Shown here: positions 47,065 to 57,223 of the stretch, in pieces
How the letters are laid out: every line of letters starts with the position of its first letter
Numbering within the stretch: position 1 is the first letter of the stretch
Assembly (NCBI GenBank): GCA_038153405.1
Contig: JAYOYH010000010.1
Location: forward strand, 1 to 64,000
Direction of reading: 5' to 3'
Length of the DNA stretch: 64,000 nucleotides
Source of the DNA: Gemmatimonadota bacterium
Lineage (GTDB): Bacteria; Latescibacterota; UBA2968; UBA8231
The notes under the pieces: generated by a model
Told to the model about the DNA's origin: nothing
Database searches by the model: none
Seen by the model: the letters and a program-made list of their open reading frames with translations, nothing else
Translations under genes and position numbers: made by a program

Positions 47065-48338
47065 GAGACGCGCTCCTGCAAGCGGGTGAGCACATAGGGC
47101 CCTTTGGGAATCACGGCGATGCGCGCATCGTCGCCCCTCTCGCGCAGCGCGCGCTGAATGCCCTCTTCGACAGAGGGGACCATTTCAACCAGCACGCTGT
47201 CGCGCTGCTCTGCGCCAATACCCTCCGAATACATCATGACCCGTGCCTTGCGCAGCACCTTGCACAACTCCTGCAGCTGCCACTGATCGATGACGAAAAA
47301 CTGCGGATCTTCCAACTGGCGCGCGAACTGCTCGACGCTCTCCGTGTTGAGCAATAGCTCGGTAAACTCGGGACTGCCAATCCCCTCGTCGCAGCGGGCC
47401 ACGATCAGTACCGTGCCCCCTTCGGCCACGATCGGCAGAGCGGCTGTAAGCCCCTTGACGGCTTGATAAAAAGTCAGATCGAGCGGCAGCCCCGCGCTCG
47501 AGGTGATAACTAAGTCGGCCGGTTCGGCCAGAGCAGCGCCATTCTGCTTTTCGACAAAGGCCACGCCCTCGGCGTGCGCTTTTTCCAGATCGCCAGCAAA
47601 AATAGCGGTGATCTCGCGCCGCTCGTTCATGGCGACATTGAGCGTAAAATCGACGCCGGCGCGCTGGGCCACTTCCAGCGCCTGGCGGTGGAATGGATTG
47701 CCCTCGATAATGCCTTCAGCGGCGTTGGCATGCGATAGCAGGCGCGGGCCGTGCAAGACCCGCATCGTATCAACCCCCATCAAGCCGGGGCAAATCGCCT
47801 TGCGCCCGCCGGAATAGCCAGCCATCAGATGGGGTTCAATTAACGAGGTCGCAATCTTCAAGTCGGCTTCGACATAGAGAGTATCGATCCAGATTGGCGC
47901 ACCACCCGAGGTCTCGCCCAGATAGGTGAGGGTGTCCTTATCGCGCGCCCGGTGGTTTACAACCCGGTAGTTCTGCGCAATTTCGGCGCCGACCAACTGC
48001 ACTAGTTCGTCCCCTTCATTGGGACGATGCAAGCCCGTGCCGATGAGAATAGTGATGTCCTCGCGGGCCATGCCCTCCTCTTCGAGGGTGCGCAAGATGG
48101 GCGGCAGAATCGTTGCATTGGGCACCGGTCGAGTTATATCAGCGATGACGACGCAGGCATTTTTCCGACCGGCTGCCAGTCGACGCAGCGACGGCGTGCC
48201 AATGGGATGGGCCAGCGCGTGATCGAGTCGCCCCTCAATCTGATCGAGCGCTGGCGCACCGCTCATCTGTAAGATGTGGGCGCGGTCGGGCACTTCGATC
48301 TGTAGGCCGTCCCGTCCGTAGTCCATCGTCACTTTCAT
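47061..48338 (-). CDS. larA: Nickel-pincer-dependent lactate racemase (LarA) family protein
   Basis: DITRPVP, GTGLHRP, VVNH, IEPHLMAGYSGGRKAICPG, FYQAVKG, WQLQ. Family-level call; substrate uncertain. Confidence 0.85.
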   Translation of the reverse strand: MKVTMDYGRDGLQIEVPDRAHILQMSGAPALDQIEGRLDHALAHPIGTPSLRRLAAGRKNACVVIADITRPVPNATILPPILRTLEEEGMAREDITILIGTGLHRPNEGDELVQLVGAEIAQNYRVVNHRARDKDTLTYLGETSGGAPIWIDTLYVEADLKIATSLIEPHLMAGYSGGRKAICPGLMGVDTMRVLHGPRLLSHANAAEGIIEGNPFHRQALEVAQRAGVDFTLNVAMNERREITAIFAGDLEKAHAEGVAFVEKQNGAALAEPADLVITSSAGLPLDLTFYQAVKGLTAALPIVAEGGTVLIVARCDEGIGSPEFTELLLNTESVEQFARQLEDPQFFVIDQWQLQELCKVLRKARVMMYSEGIGAEQRDSVLVEMVPSVEEGIQRALRERGDDARIAVIPKGPYVLTRLQERVS

Positions 48339-49228
48339 ATGGGCTTGCGCTCCTCTGCGAGTTTTTCTTCGAGATAGACGCGGAAAGCCGCTCCGTGTTC
48401 CGGATCCTGCAGGGCAAAATCGGCGAATGCCTTGAAGTAGGTGAGCGGCGTGCCGATGTCGTAGCGCCGTTCGGCTCCGTTGAGACGCACGCAGCGCACG
48501 GGGGCACCGCGCTGCAGCAGAATGCGAATGGCGTCGGTTAGCCAGAGTTCGCCACCCAGCCCGGGTTTGATCGAATCGATGGCCGAAAATATCTCCGGCG
48601 TAAAGATGTAGCGTGCGGCGACAGCCAAACAGCTGGGCGCCTCCGCGATATCGGGCTTTTCCACGATATCGGCGATGGCAAAATCATCGCCAACCTCTCC
48701 CGCCGGCTGCACGACTCCATATTTGCGCGTGTCTTCGCGCGGCACTTCCCAAACGCCAATGGTAGCTACCGAGTTGTGACGTTCGTGCGAATCGGCCATA
48801 CGCTCGATAACGCGCGGCTCATCGGGCGAGTAGATAATCGTATCGCCAAAGGCAACTACAAAGGACTCATTGCCGACGAATTCGCGGGCCAATCGCACGG
48901 CATCGGCATTTCCGTCAGGACGGCGCTGGCGCGCGTAGTAGAATTCTACACCTTGAGCGGCATAATCGACTTCGCCGATGATCTGCTCTTTGTCGGACAG
49001 CCGCGCTTCCAACTCGGGATCTGCGTCGAAGTGATCCTCAATCGAGCGCTTTTTCCGGCCCGTTATAAAAAGGAACTTACTCAGGCCCTGTTGGATCATC
49101 TCCTCGACGACGTACTGCACTACCGGCTTATACCCCACCGGCAACATTTCTTTTGGCTGGGATTTTGTCGCAGGCAGTAATCGAGTACCCATGCCCGCGA
49201 CGGGGAAAACGGCTTTGCGAATAGACAT
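48335..49228 (-). CDS. galU: UTP--glucose-1-phosphate uridylyltransferase family
   Basis: KAVFPVAGMGTRLLPATKSQPKEMLPV, IEDHFD, IVEKP, GELWLTDAI, RYDIG. Confidence 0.9.
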   Translation of the reverse strand: MSIRKAVFPVAGMGTRLLPATKSQPKEMLPVGYKPVVQYVVEEMIQQGLSKFLFITGRKKRSIEDHFDADPELEARLSDKEQIIGEVDYAAQGVEFYYARQRRPDGNADAVRLAREFVGNESFVVAFGDTIIYSPDEPRVIERMADSHERHNSVATIGVWEVPREDTRKYGVVQPAGEVGDDFAIADIVEKPDIAEAPSCLAVAARYIFTPEIFSAIDSIKPGLGGELWLTDAIRILLQRGAPVRCVRLNGAERRYDIGTPLTYFKAFADFALQDPEHGAAFRVYLEEKLAEERKPI

Positions 49229-49359
49229 GTGCTTACAATCTGGCTACAAGGTGCGACTAACGGTCTAGCTGGCATAAAATAGGCCATGCTCGAACATCGA
49301 GCAACCTCGTTGTTTTTTAACCACTTTCGCAATTTGGCAAAAGCAATTGACCGCTGTAT

Positions 49360-51207
49360 TTAGGACCGATACGCCTCTTCGATTAGCGCGCCATAGCGCT
49401 CGACGATGGCCTTGGGAACGACCTTCTTGAGACCGCGCGTCAGGGTGCCATCCTCTTCGCTGAGCGGGTTGGGCAAGAGCGCGATGCGCTGCGGCCGCTC
49501 GTGGCCGGGCAGGCCGGCGGCACGCGCTTCACCAAGCAGCTGTGCGCGCACCAATTCGGCTATCTGTGGATGGACGCGCAGGGCGTCCTCGCCGATGCCC
49601 TGTAGCTCATCGGGTGCGTGTTTTTGCGCCTCTTCGACGTCGACTACGACCAGCGGCAGAGGAAAGTCGCGCTGCTGGTCGCCGCAGATCAAAACGTGCT
49701 CGACCAACGGCGCGCGCGCAAAGATGCGCTCCAGCAGTTCCGGGTTGACAAACTCGCCATTGCGCAGCTTGAACTGGCGACCGACCCGACCGCGAAACGT
49801 CAGAAAGCCCTCCTCGTCCATACTGAACAAGTCGCCGGTGCGATACCAAATCTGTCCTTCGTGCTCGACGAGAGCCCGCTGCGTCTGCTCCGGATCGTCC
49901 AAATAGCCGCGCATGACGTTGGCCCCGCTGGCCCACAGTTCGCCCACGCGTCCCCCGCCGGGCCGATAGATGCCCTCACCCTCGGGATCCCCGTAGCCTA
50001 TTTCACCGCCCTGATCATCGACGATACGCACCTTGATCAGCGGCCGTCCCACGGTGCCGACCTTGCGTCCGCCCAAATGGTTTGCGGCAATCAGCGGCGC
50101 GCACTCCGTAGCGCCGTAGCCCTCGAACGTAGTGATGTCCAAGACTTGGTGAAAAAAGTCCAGCGCCTCTGGATCGGCCTTGGCTGAGCCCACGATAAGC
50201 ACTTCCAGATTAGCGCCCACGCGCGTGGCAAACTGCTGGCGAATCTTATCGATCACCTTGGCGCCGACCAGTGCAAAAAACAAGCGATCGACCGCCGTTG
50301 CCTCGCCCCTGCTCAATCGCTGTTTGGCCGTTACGGCGCGTTTGATAAGAGCCCCTTTCACCCCACCGGCCTGAATCTCTTTGCGCACATTGCCGTAGAC
50401 CTTGTCGAGAATCAGCGGCACCGTGAGAAAGCCGTGCGGTTCCGAAAGGCGGATATCGCTCAGCACGCGATCGGGCGAACGCGCCATGTCCAGCACCCAG
50501 CCCTTAGCAAGCGGGTAGTATATGTTCAGGATGCCCATCGAGTGGTAGTCCGGCGCGGACTTGAAAAAGCGAAAGTCCTCGCGCAGGCTAATCACATCCC
50601 ACGCTTCCTCTACATTGGCGACGATATTGGCATGAGTCTGTATAACGCCCTTGGGCATGCCGGAAGAACCCGATGTATAGAGCACCTTGCTCTCGTCATC
50701 GGCACTTATTTCCACGTCGGGTAAATCGCCCTCCGCGCCGACCAATTGCTGCCAGGCAGCGGCCGCTTCTCCCTCGCCGTCTACCAGCACCAACTGGGGC
50801 GGGGCGGGCATATCCTGCAAGACGTTTCCCAGCGCCTCGGCTCCCTTGCGATCGACCACCAGCAGCGCCATGCCCGAGTGGCGGATGTTGTAAGCGAGGA
50901 TTTCTGGCGACGACTTCAGGCAAAGCGGCACGCTACTCAGCCCTAACCGATCGCAGGCCAGAAATACCAGCAGCGGTTCAAAGCCGCCGTCGGTGAGAAT
51001 GCCGATGCGCTGTCCTTTGACCATCCCGCGACCGGCCAATCCAGCGGCCAGTCGGTCGCGCTGCGATTTTAGCTCTGCATAGGTCATGGGCTGGTACTGT
51101 GCATCCCTGCTGCCGGGAGGCAGCACGCGCACGGCCACTCGTTCAGCACATTCGGTAAAACTCCGCTCCAATAATTCCGCAAGTGTTCGCACGTTGGTAG
51201 GCTCCAT
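49360..51207 (-). CDS. Long-chain fatty acid--CoA ligase (AMP-binding family)
   Basis: YTSGSSGMPKGV, EGYGATE, YRTGD, GEFVNPE, LTRGLK. Confidence 0.85.
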   Translation of the reverse strand: MEPTNVRTLAELLERSFTECAERVAVRVLPPGSRDAQYQPMTYAELKSQRDRLAAGLAGRGMVKGQRIGILTDGGFEPLLVFLACDRLGLSSVPLCLKSSPEILAYNIRHSGMALLVVDRKGAEALGNVLQDMPAPPQLVLVDGEGEAAAAWQQLVGAEGDLPDVEISADDESKVLYTSGSSGMPKGVIQTHANIVANVEEAWDVISLREDFRFFKSAPDYHSMGILNIYYPLAKGWVLDMARSPDRVLSDIRLSEPHGFLTVPLILDKVYGNVRKEIQAGGVKGALIKRAVTAKQRLSRGEATAVDRLFFALVGAKVIDKIRQQFATRVGANLEVLIVGSAKADPEALDFFHQVLDITTFEGYGATECAPLIAANHLGGRKVGTVGRPLIKVRIVDDQGGEIGYGDPEGEGIYRPGGGRVGELWASGANVMRGYLDDPEQTQRALVEHEGQIWYRTGDLFSMDEEGFLTFRGRVGRQFKLRNGEFVNPELLERIFARAPLVEHVLICGDQQRDFPLPLVVVDVEEAQKHAPDELQGIGEDALRVHPQIAELVRAQLLGEARAAGLPGHERPQRIALLPNPLSEEDGTLTRGLKKVVPKAIVERYGALIEEAYRS

Positions 51208-51399
51208 GTTGCCACAGTTGGGATCGAGACCTCGTTCTTCAGCCTATTACATAAGAAAAAACGCGGTAAAATCAACCGTTTTATTGCCGATGCCTCGCCG
51301 CACCTCAGGGGGTATCGGCAAGCCATTTTACCACCGGGGTACTAGTTCATATATTGGTAGAGGAACAGGGCACCATAGGTCCATTTTTGAGCACCCAAT

Positions 51400-54351
51400 A
51401 TGAGCGGCGAAAAATTCGACAAAAAACGTGCGGAAGCGGAGGTCTCCAATGGGGAAAGCCTTCTGGAAGGCCTAGAGTCGCTCTTGGCCGAAGAAGGGCT
51501 CAGCCTCGAAGGCGAGATCGATGAAGAAGAACTCGACCTTCTACTTGAAGGGGATGGCGATCTCGGCGAGGAAATTAAAGGGGAACCCGCACCCCGCAAC
51601 CGCAGCCGCAGCGCCCAGCGCTCAAAGGGAACCGAACGGCGCAGCCGCGACCGCGCCGACTTTCACAACCTCGATACCCAGATGCAGGTTGCCCCCCTCG
51701 GCGTCATCGTATCGCAAGATCAGCTAACCGCAACGCTGTCGCACATTACAGAAGACCACGACTACGAAACTGTGATTGAGCTCATTCGCAGTCGCGGCAT
51801 ATCGCATGGCATCGACTACGTCGCTATCCGCTCGGCGATCAATAGCGCCCGGCGCGGCATATCCTGCCGCGAACTAGTCATCGCACGCGGTCACCCGCCG
51901 CAACGCATTAAAGAAGCATCGACAGTCTATCGCCTACCCGTCGAAGTCATGCAGAAGAAAAAACCTTCGGACAAGATGACGGACTTCGAGCTGTTAAAGC
52001 ACATCCTCGAGGGCCGGCATATAGAGGCGATTCGATCGTATCGCGGCGTGGTCAGACCCGTCATACCCGGCGATGTCATCACCGAAATTATTCCGGCTGA
52101 GATAGAACCCGGCGTGACGGTCTTTGGCACGCCGTTCGACTTGGAACAAGACGATGAAGTCTACCTGCAGATTGGCGACAATACCGACTTGTCGGAAGAC
52201 GGCCTAAGCTGTGTAGCCTCCATATATGGGTATGCCGGAATACTGGATGGCGTCCCGACGGTCCTCCCTCCGATTTGGATTAGCCCGGACCGCATGGATG
52301 CCTACTTCGTCTTTATTGCGCCGGCCGAGGGCTACGCCCAACCCGCGCCTTCGATAGAGGACTTGAACTACCTGCTGGAGATGATGTGGATCAGCAATGG
52401 TATTATGGAAAAGCAGGTTCTCCTCATCCAACAGCGCCTCGAACGCGCCCATCCCCTACCCTCTCTGCTGCCCATTGCCCAAGGCCATCACGAAGTGCCC
52501 GGCGACAATGCGCAAATACACTATACCTTCGACCCCTATTCCATCCTGTCGTGGAACCAAATTGAGGCAGTGCAGTCCATGCAGTCGCCCGAGGAAATAT
52601 GCGAAGCGCTCGATGCTATTTACTCCGATCCAGCCGCTCCGACATTCACCGCTATGGGCACGGGACACACGCTCATCGAAAAGACGCCGGCCACTGTAGG
52701 CGTCACCGGCGTCGACATACAGGGCGAAGAAGTCGTTCCCAAACCGGGCGATGACCTGCAGATCGAATTTGGCAGCTTTCTTTACCTAGACAAAAACGGG
52801 CTGCGCTGTCGCGCAGAGGTCTTTGGCTACGTGTGTCTACAGTGGGACATTCAAGTCCGTCTGCTGCCGCCGCTATGGATTACGCCCGATAAGACGCGCG
52901 CCTACTTTCTCAACCTGCCCCAGGGATCGTCGCCGCGCTATCCCCAGCTAAACGAGATAGAGGCCCTGTTCCAGCAGTACGACATCACCTATGGCTTCGA
53001 TCCAGAGCGCTGGCTGAGCGCTCTCGGGCAGCTGAAAAAAGGAGAGCAGAACGACTACCTCATCCTAATTGCGGAAGGCGAGCCGGCGCAGACCGGCCGC
53101 GACGCCTATTTCGAGTGGAACGTCGACGTGCTCGAAGAGAAGAAAATCGGCAAGGTGCTCGAAGATGGCTCGATCGACTTCCGCGAGCGCGATCTGATTA
53201 CGCTAGTACAGGAAAACGATCTATTGGGGCGACTAATCCCTCCCCTACCCGGCACGGAGGGCAAAGATATATTCGGCAACCCGCTAAGCCCACCACCGCA
53301 CGTCAACATCGAGGTGGTCATCGACTCGCACGTCTACGCCAAACCAGAGCAAGACGGCGTTATTGGCTTCTTTGCCAGTAAAGACGGCGGGATCTCGGTC
53401 CTATCTAAAGACAAAGAGGCAAACGGACGGCGTTCGCGCCGAATTGATATCAGTATCAACTCGATCTCGAGCATTGACGGCGACGTCGACTACACGACCG
53501 GCAATATCGATTTTAACGGAGACGTCGTCATCGACGGCTCGGTGCAACAGCAGTTTTCGGTGCGCGCAACGGGCAGCGTCACCATCGGCGGCTACGTCGA
53601 GTCTGGGGCGTATATCACCGCCGGCAAAAACATCGTGGTCAAACGCGGCGTCATCGGCGATACGACGGAGCTAATCGCAGGCGCGAGCATCATCACCAAG
53701 TACGTCCAGGAGTCTACTGTGCGGGCGGGCGGCGACATCCGCGTGGGCTCGTATATATTCAATGCCTCCGTGCGTGCCGGGGGACAGGTCGTCGTTTCCG
53801 GCAAAGGCGAAGGCAAGTCACGCGCCCTAGTCGGTGGCTTAGTATGGGGCGGGCGCGGCATCCTCGCCAAGTCCATCGGCTCGCCCTATAACACCAATAC
53901 TAAGCTAGTAGCTGGGATCAATCCGGATTCGGTCGAGCGCATCGATAAAATTCGAGCCAACCTTATCACCTGCGGAGAAAAACAGGAAGCGCTGCTGGCG
54001 CACATTGGCCTTTCCAGCATGGATATCGCCCAGGTCAAGAAAAAGCTGTCCTTTTGCCGCACGGACAAGGATAAGCAGAAGATCTTGCAAGTCGTCAAGC
54101 GCATCGCCCACGTTGCCGAGCTGGAAGACAGCCTGCAGCAGGAGTTGGAAGATATCGCAGATAGACAGCGCAAAACATCGCTGCGCACCGTTATCAGCAT
54201 CCATGGGAAACTCTTTGCCGGCGTAGAATTGCGCATTGGCGAACTGACCCATTTGATTAACGAAGATCTGCAAAATATCAGCTTTGGCATTGTGCAAAGC
54301 GACGACGAACAAACCATACAGGTGGGGCCATTCAGAGGCTCGTCGCGCTAG
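51400..54351 (+). CDS. FapA/DUF342-family protein, extended, with triplicated N-terminal unit
   Basis: DGSIDFRE, GKDIFG, DGDVDYTTGNIDFNGDVVIDGSV, beta-helix repeats, C-terminal coiled coil and LFAGVELRIG. Confidence 0.8.
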   Translation: MSGEKFDKKRAEAEVSNGESLLEGLESLLAEEGLSLEGEIDEEELDLLLEGDGDLGEEIKGEPAPRNRSRSAQRSKGTERRSRDRADFHNLDTQMQVAPLGVIVSQDQLTATLSHITEDHDYETVIELIRSRGISHGIDYVAIRSAINSARRGISCRELVIARGHPPQRIKEASTVYRLPVEVMQKKKPSDKMTDFELLKHILEGRHIEAIRSYRGVVRPVIPGDVITEIIPAEIEPGVTVFGTPFDLEQDDEVYLQIGDNTDLSEDGLSCVASIYGYAGILDGVPTVLPPIWISPDRMDAYFVFIAPAEGYAQPAPSIEDLNYLLEMMWISNGIMEKQVLLIQQRLERAHPLPSLLPIAQGHHEVPGDNAQIHYTFDPYSILSWNQIEAVQSMQSPEEICEALDAIYSDPAAPTFTAMGTGHTLIEKTPATVGVTGVDIQGEEVVPKPGDDLQIEFGSFLYLDKNGLRCRAEVFGYVCLQWDIQVRLLPPLWITPDKTRAYFLNLPQGSSPRYPQLNEIEALFQQYDITYGFDPERWLSALGQLKKGEQNDYLILIAEGEPAQTGRDAYFEWNVDVLEEKKIGKVLEDGSIDFRERDLITLVQENDLLGRLIPPLPGTEGKDIFGNPLSPPPHVNIEVVIDSHVYAKPEQDGVIGFFASKDGGISVLSKDKEANGRRSRRIDISINSISSIDGDVDYTTGNIDFNGDVVIDGSVQQQFSVRATGSVTIGGYVESGAYITAGKNIVVKRGVIGDTTELIAGASIITKYVQESTVRAGGDIRVGSYIFNASVRAGGQVVVSGKGEGKSRALVGGLVWGGRGILAKSIGSPYNTNTKLVAGINPDSVERIDKIRANLITCGEKQEALLAHIGLSSMDIAQVKKKLSFCRTDKDKQKILQVVKRIAHVAELEDSLQQELEDIADRQRKTSLRTVISIHGKLFAGVELRIGELTHLINEDLQNISFGIVQSDDEQTIQVGPFRGSSR

Positions 54352-54361
54352 GAGATCCTCC

Positions 54362-56002
54362 ATGAAACTCGGCATTGGGCTATTGATTTTCACATCGATC
54401 ACCCTGAGTCTGGCCTCCCGTGTGTATGCACAGGATGAAGATGAAACGACGCGCCCCGCCTTGAGCGGCAGCATGGGCAGCGTCACCATTGGCCAAGAGC
54501 AGTTCTACCGACTCAGCATGCGACCCGATATCCCCGTCGGCCGATGGGGTTTCGCTCTCGACATCGAGCTATTTATCGATTCGGAGGGGGATGTCAGCGC
54601 GCGCGGCTGGCGCTTTGGTTCGTCGACGGAGGCACTCGACTCCTTTCTGCGCAAGATTTACTACGTGCGCTACGGGCGTCCGAACGACCCGCTCTACTTC
54701 AAGATTGGCGCCTTGGACAGAGTCGGACTCGGCTATGGGCTCATCATGTCCGACTACAGAAATACCCTGCAGTATCCCGGCATAAAAAAGACGGGCATCC
54801 AATTCCGCTTTGAAGAAATCGCTGGAAGCCCTCTCGGCATAGAGGGCGTAGTGAATAATATCCAGGACTTTCAAGAGGGAGGCGGCCTCATCGGCCTGCG
54901 CGCCTTTGCCCGCGCGATGGGCAAACTCGAACTGGGTGTGACCTACGTCGTCGACCTCGATCAGTACAGCGGGCTGCGCGACCGCGACGGCGATGGCTTT
55001 CCCGACGAGGTAGACGCCTTTCCATCAAATAGCCAGCTATCCCTAGACAACGACGGCGACGGCGTGCCCGACCAGATCGATAGCGACGACGACAACGACG
55101 GGGCCATCGACATCGACAGCGAAAGCGGCGTACCGCCCGCCGTGGCGGCGGCCCTAGAACAACTGAATGCCGACTATGGCGACGCCTTTGCCGTCGATAC
55201 GGAGGTATCCCGCAGAAAGCCCTTTAACCGCGACCAGGTCGGACGCGATCGCTTTGCCATATTTGGTGTTGACGCGGGCTACCCGCTCAGCGAACGAGAT
55301 GCACTGCAGCTCAAACTATACGGCCAATTTGCCCTGCTCGTAGACGACGAAGACGACATCAGCGCATTCGAGGCGAACGCTCAGGGCCTAGTGCCGGGCA
55401 ATCGCCGCGCCGAGGGCTGGGGCCTTGCCGCCCCGGGCCTATGGCTCAAAGCCGGCCCCCTGGACGGCCAAATTGAGTTTCGCCATTTTCGCGACGACTT
55501 TGACGCGCGCTATTTCGACGAACTCTACGAGCTCGACCGTGCGCGCATTGACGTGGCCTCGGGGCGCGCCCGCCCCAAAGACGCCCTGCTCGACCACAGC
55601 GATCCGCTATCCGGCGTATTCGGTCGCCTTGGAGCGGATTTGGGGTCGTACCTCTACGCGTCGGCCGCCTACCAATACCTGTCTGGCAGCGACGATCCCA
55701 AGCAGCAGCTGTTGACTAATGTGCGCCTGGCCCCCTCCCTGTTGAAGTCCATACCGCGCCTTACTCGCGCCCGCGCCTACTATCAAAAAAATAATATCGG
55801 CGCGCGACTCAACGAGGAGGGCACGGGGCCCGATGGCTTTTTCGAATCCACCGAGGATGCGTTCTACGGCTACGAACTGGGGCTGGCGATGAGCGGCGGC
55901 GTCGACGTGCTGTGGGATACGCGCTTCGTATTTGAACGAGATGCCAATCGCCAGCTGCGGGCGCGCAAAATTATGACCATCGAAACGGTATTCACCTTCT
56001 AA
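54362..56002 (+). CDS. Outer-membrane beta-barrel-like protein with thrombospondin type-3-like acidic insert
   Basis: Start reassigned to ATG 54362 (SD AGGAG, signal peptide VYA-Q); DRDGDGFPDEVDAFP...DNDGDGVPDQIDSDDDNDG; ends IETVFTF (terminal Phe). Confidence 0.7.
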   Translation: MKLGIGLLIFTSITLSLASRVYAQDEDETTRPALSGSMGSVTIGQEQFYRLSMRPDIPVGRWGFALDIELFIDSEGDVSARGWRFGSSTEALDSFLRKIYYVRYGRPNDPLYFKIGALDRVGLGYGLIMSDYRNTLQYPGIKKTGIQFRFEEIAGSPLGIEGVVNNIQDFQEGGGLIGLRAFARAMGKLELGVTYVVDLDQYSGLRDRDGDGFPDEVDAFPSNSQLSLDNDGDGVPDQIDSDDDNDGAIDIDSESGVPPAVAAALEQLNADYGDAFAVDTEVSRRKPFNRDQVGRDRFAIFGVDAGYPLSERDALQLKLYGQFALLVDDEDDISAFEANAQGLVPGNRRAEGWGLAAPGLWLKAGPLDGQIEFRHFRDDFDARYFDELYELDRARIDVASGRARPKDALLDHSDPLSGVFGRLGADLGSYLYASAAYQYLSGSDDPKQQLLTNVRLAPSLLKSIPRLTRARAYYQKNNIGARLNEEGTGPDGFFESTEDAFYGYELGLAMSGGVDVLWDTRFVFERDANRQLRARKIMTIETVFTF

Positions 56003-56018
56003 TGCGAGTGTTCTGTTC

Positions 56019-57131
56019 ATGAAAATAACCGCCGTCCGCGCCCACGTGTTGCGCCTGCCCGAAGTCAGTGCCATTTGCGAAGGCACGCAAGATACCTGCC
56101 TAATTCATATAGAAACCGATGCGGGTATCAGCGGCTGGGGCGAAGTCGACTCCTGTCCGAGCGTAGTCAAGGCGGTGATCGAAGCCCCGCTGTCGCACCA
56201 GATCTGCAACGGCCTGGCCAACGCCTTGGTGGGCGCCGATCCGCTGGCTGTCGAGGCCTGCATGGCGCGCATGGATGCAGCAGCGAACTACTACGGGCGC
56301 GTCGGCGTGGGCGCCCCCCCCCAGGCCCGCATACACCACGCGCTGTGGGGTATAGCCGGCCAATCCCACGGGGCCCCCCGCCCCCACCGGCCTTGGGGGC
56401 CCCTTAATACGAAGTTTCGCGCCTACTGCTCCATTCTCTTCGGCGATACACCCAAAGCGACATACGAACTGGCGCGCCAACACGCCGATATGGGATTTAC
56501 CGCCATCAAATTTGGCTGGGGGCCAATGGGGCAGAGCGAAGAGAGCGACATCGCTCTTGTGCGCGAAGCGCGGCGCGGCGCCGGAAACGACGTCGATGTG
56601 CTCGTTGACGCCGGTCAGGTTTGGGACTGGAAAACGGCCCTGCAGCGCGCCGAGGCCTTTGCCGAATACGGCATCTTCTGGCTGGAAGAGCCGCTGCACC
56701 CCCAAGACGTGGCCGGCTATGCCCAGCTCTGTGGCTCCTCTCCGGTGCCCATTGCCACTGGAGAAGCCGAATCGAATCTGCAGGATTTCGAGCGCCTGCT
56801 CATCGAAGGCGAAATCGACTGGGTGCAGCCCGATCCGGGCCGCTGTGGCATATCCACCATGGTCGAGGTGGGCCGTTTGGCACACAGACTGCACCGCAAG
56901 GTAGTCAACCACAGCTTTAAGAGCGGCATCACCATTGCCGCGTCACTGCACGGCTTAGCCGCCGTGCCCCATGGCGCACTCTTCGAGTATTGCATGGCCG
57001 ATTCGCCGCTGCGTCACGAGCTAACGCGCGAGACGTTTGACGTGGTCGACGGCTACGTCCACGTGCCCCAAGCACCCGGATTGGGCGTGACGATCAACGA
57101 GGATACGCTGGCCAAATTCCTGGTGGCCTAG
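56019..57131 (+). CDS. Mandelate racemase/muconate lactonizing enzyme (enolase superfamily)
   Basis: IETDAGISGWGE, VDAG, WLEEP, IATGE, WVQPD, VNHS, PGLG. Segment 56313-56405 looks corrupted. Confidence 0.9.
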   Translation: MKITAVRAHVLRLPEVSAICEGTQDTCLIHIETDAGISGWGEVDSCPSVVKAVIEAPLSHQICNGLANALVGADPLAVEACMARMDAAANYYGRVGVGAPPQARIHHALWGIAGQSHGAPRPHRPWGPLNTKFRAYCSILFGDTPKATYELARQHADMGFTAIKFGWGPMGQSEESDIALVREARRGAGNDVDVLVDAGQVWDWKTALQRAEAFAEYGIFWLEEPLHPQDVAGYAQLCGSSPVPIATGEAESNLQDFERLLIEGEIDWVQPDPGRCGISTMVEVGRLAHRLHRKVVNHSFKSGITIAASLHGLAAVPHGALFEYCMADSPLRHELTRETFDVVDGYVHVPQAPGLGVTINEDTLAKFLVA

Positions 57132-57223
57132 GGCACACCGGCTCCCACGCTTCACATCCGCAACACGCAACGGGCCCTGTAGCCCATTACGCGCTCGGCG
57201 CACATACCAACGGCGGGGCTCTT

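Noticed and set aside
5335..54351. Flagellar locus suggested by FlgD-like, FlgT-like and FapA domains
   Set aside because: No structural flagellar or export genes; these domains occur widely outside flagella, and here the FlgD-like domain is a C-terminal appendage on signal-peptide proteins.
56313..56405. Diversity-generating retroelement variable region
   Set aside because: No reverse transcriptase or template repeat in the window, the changes are not adenine-specific, and the host gene is a metabolic enzyme.
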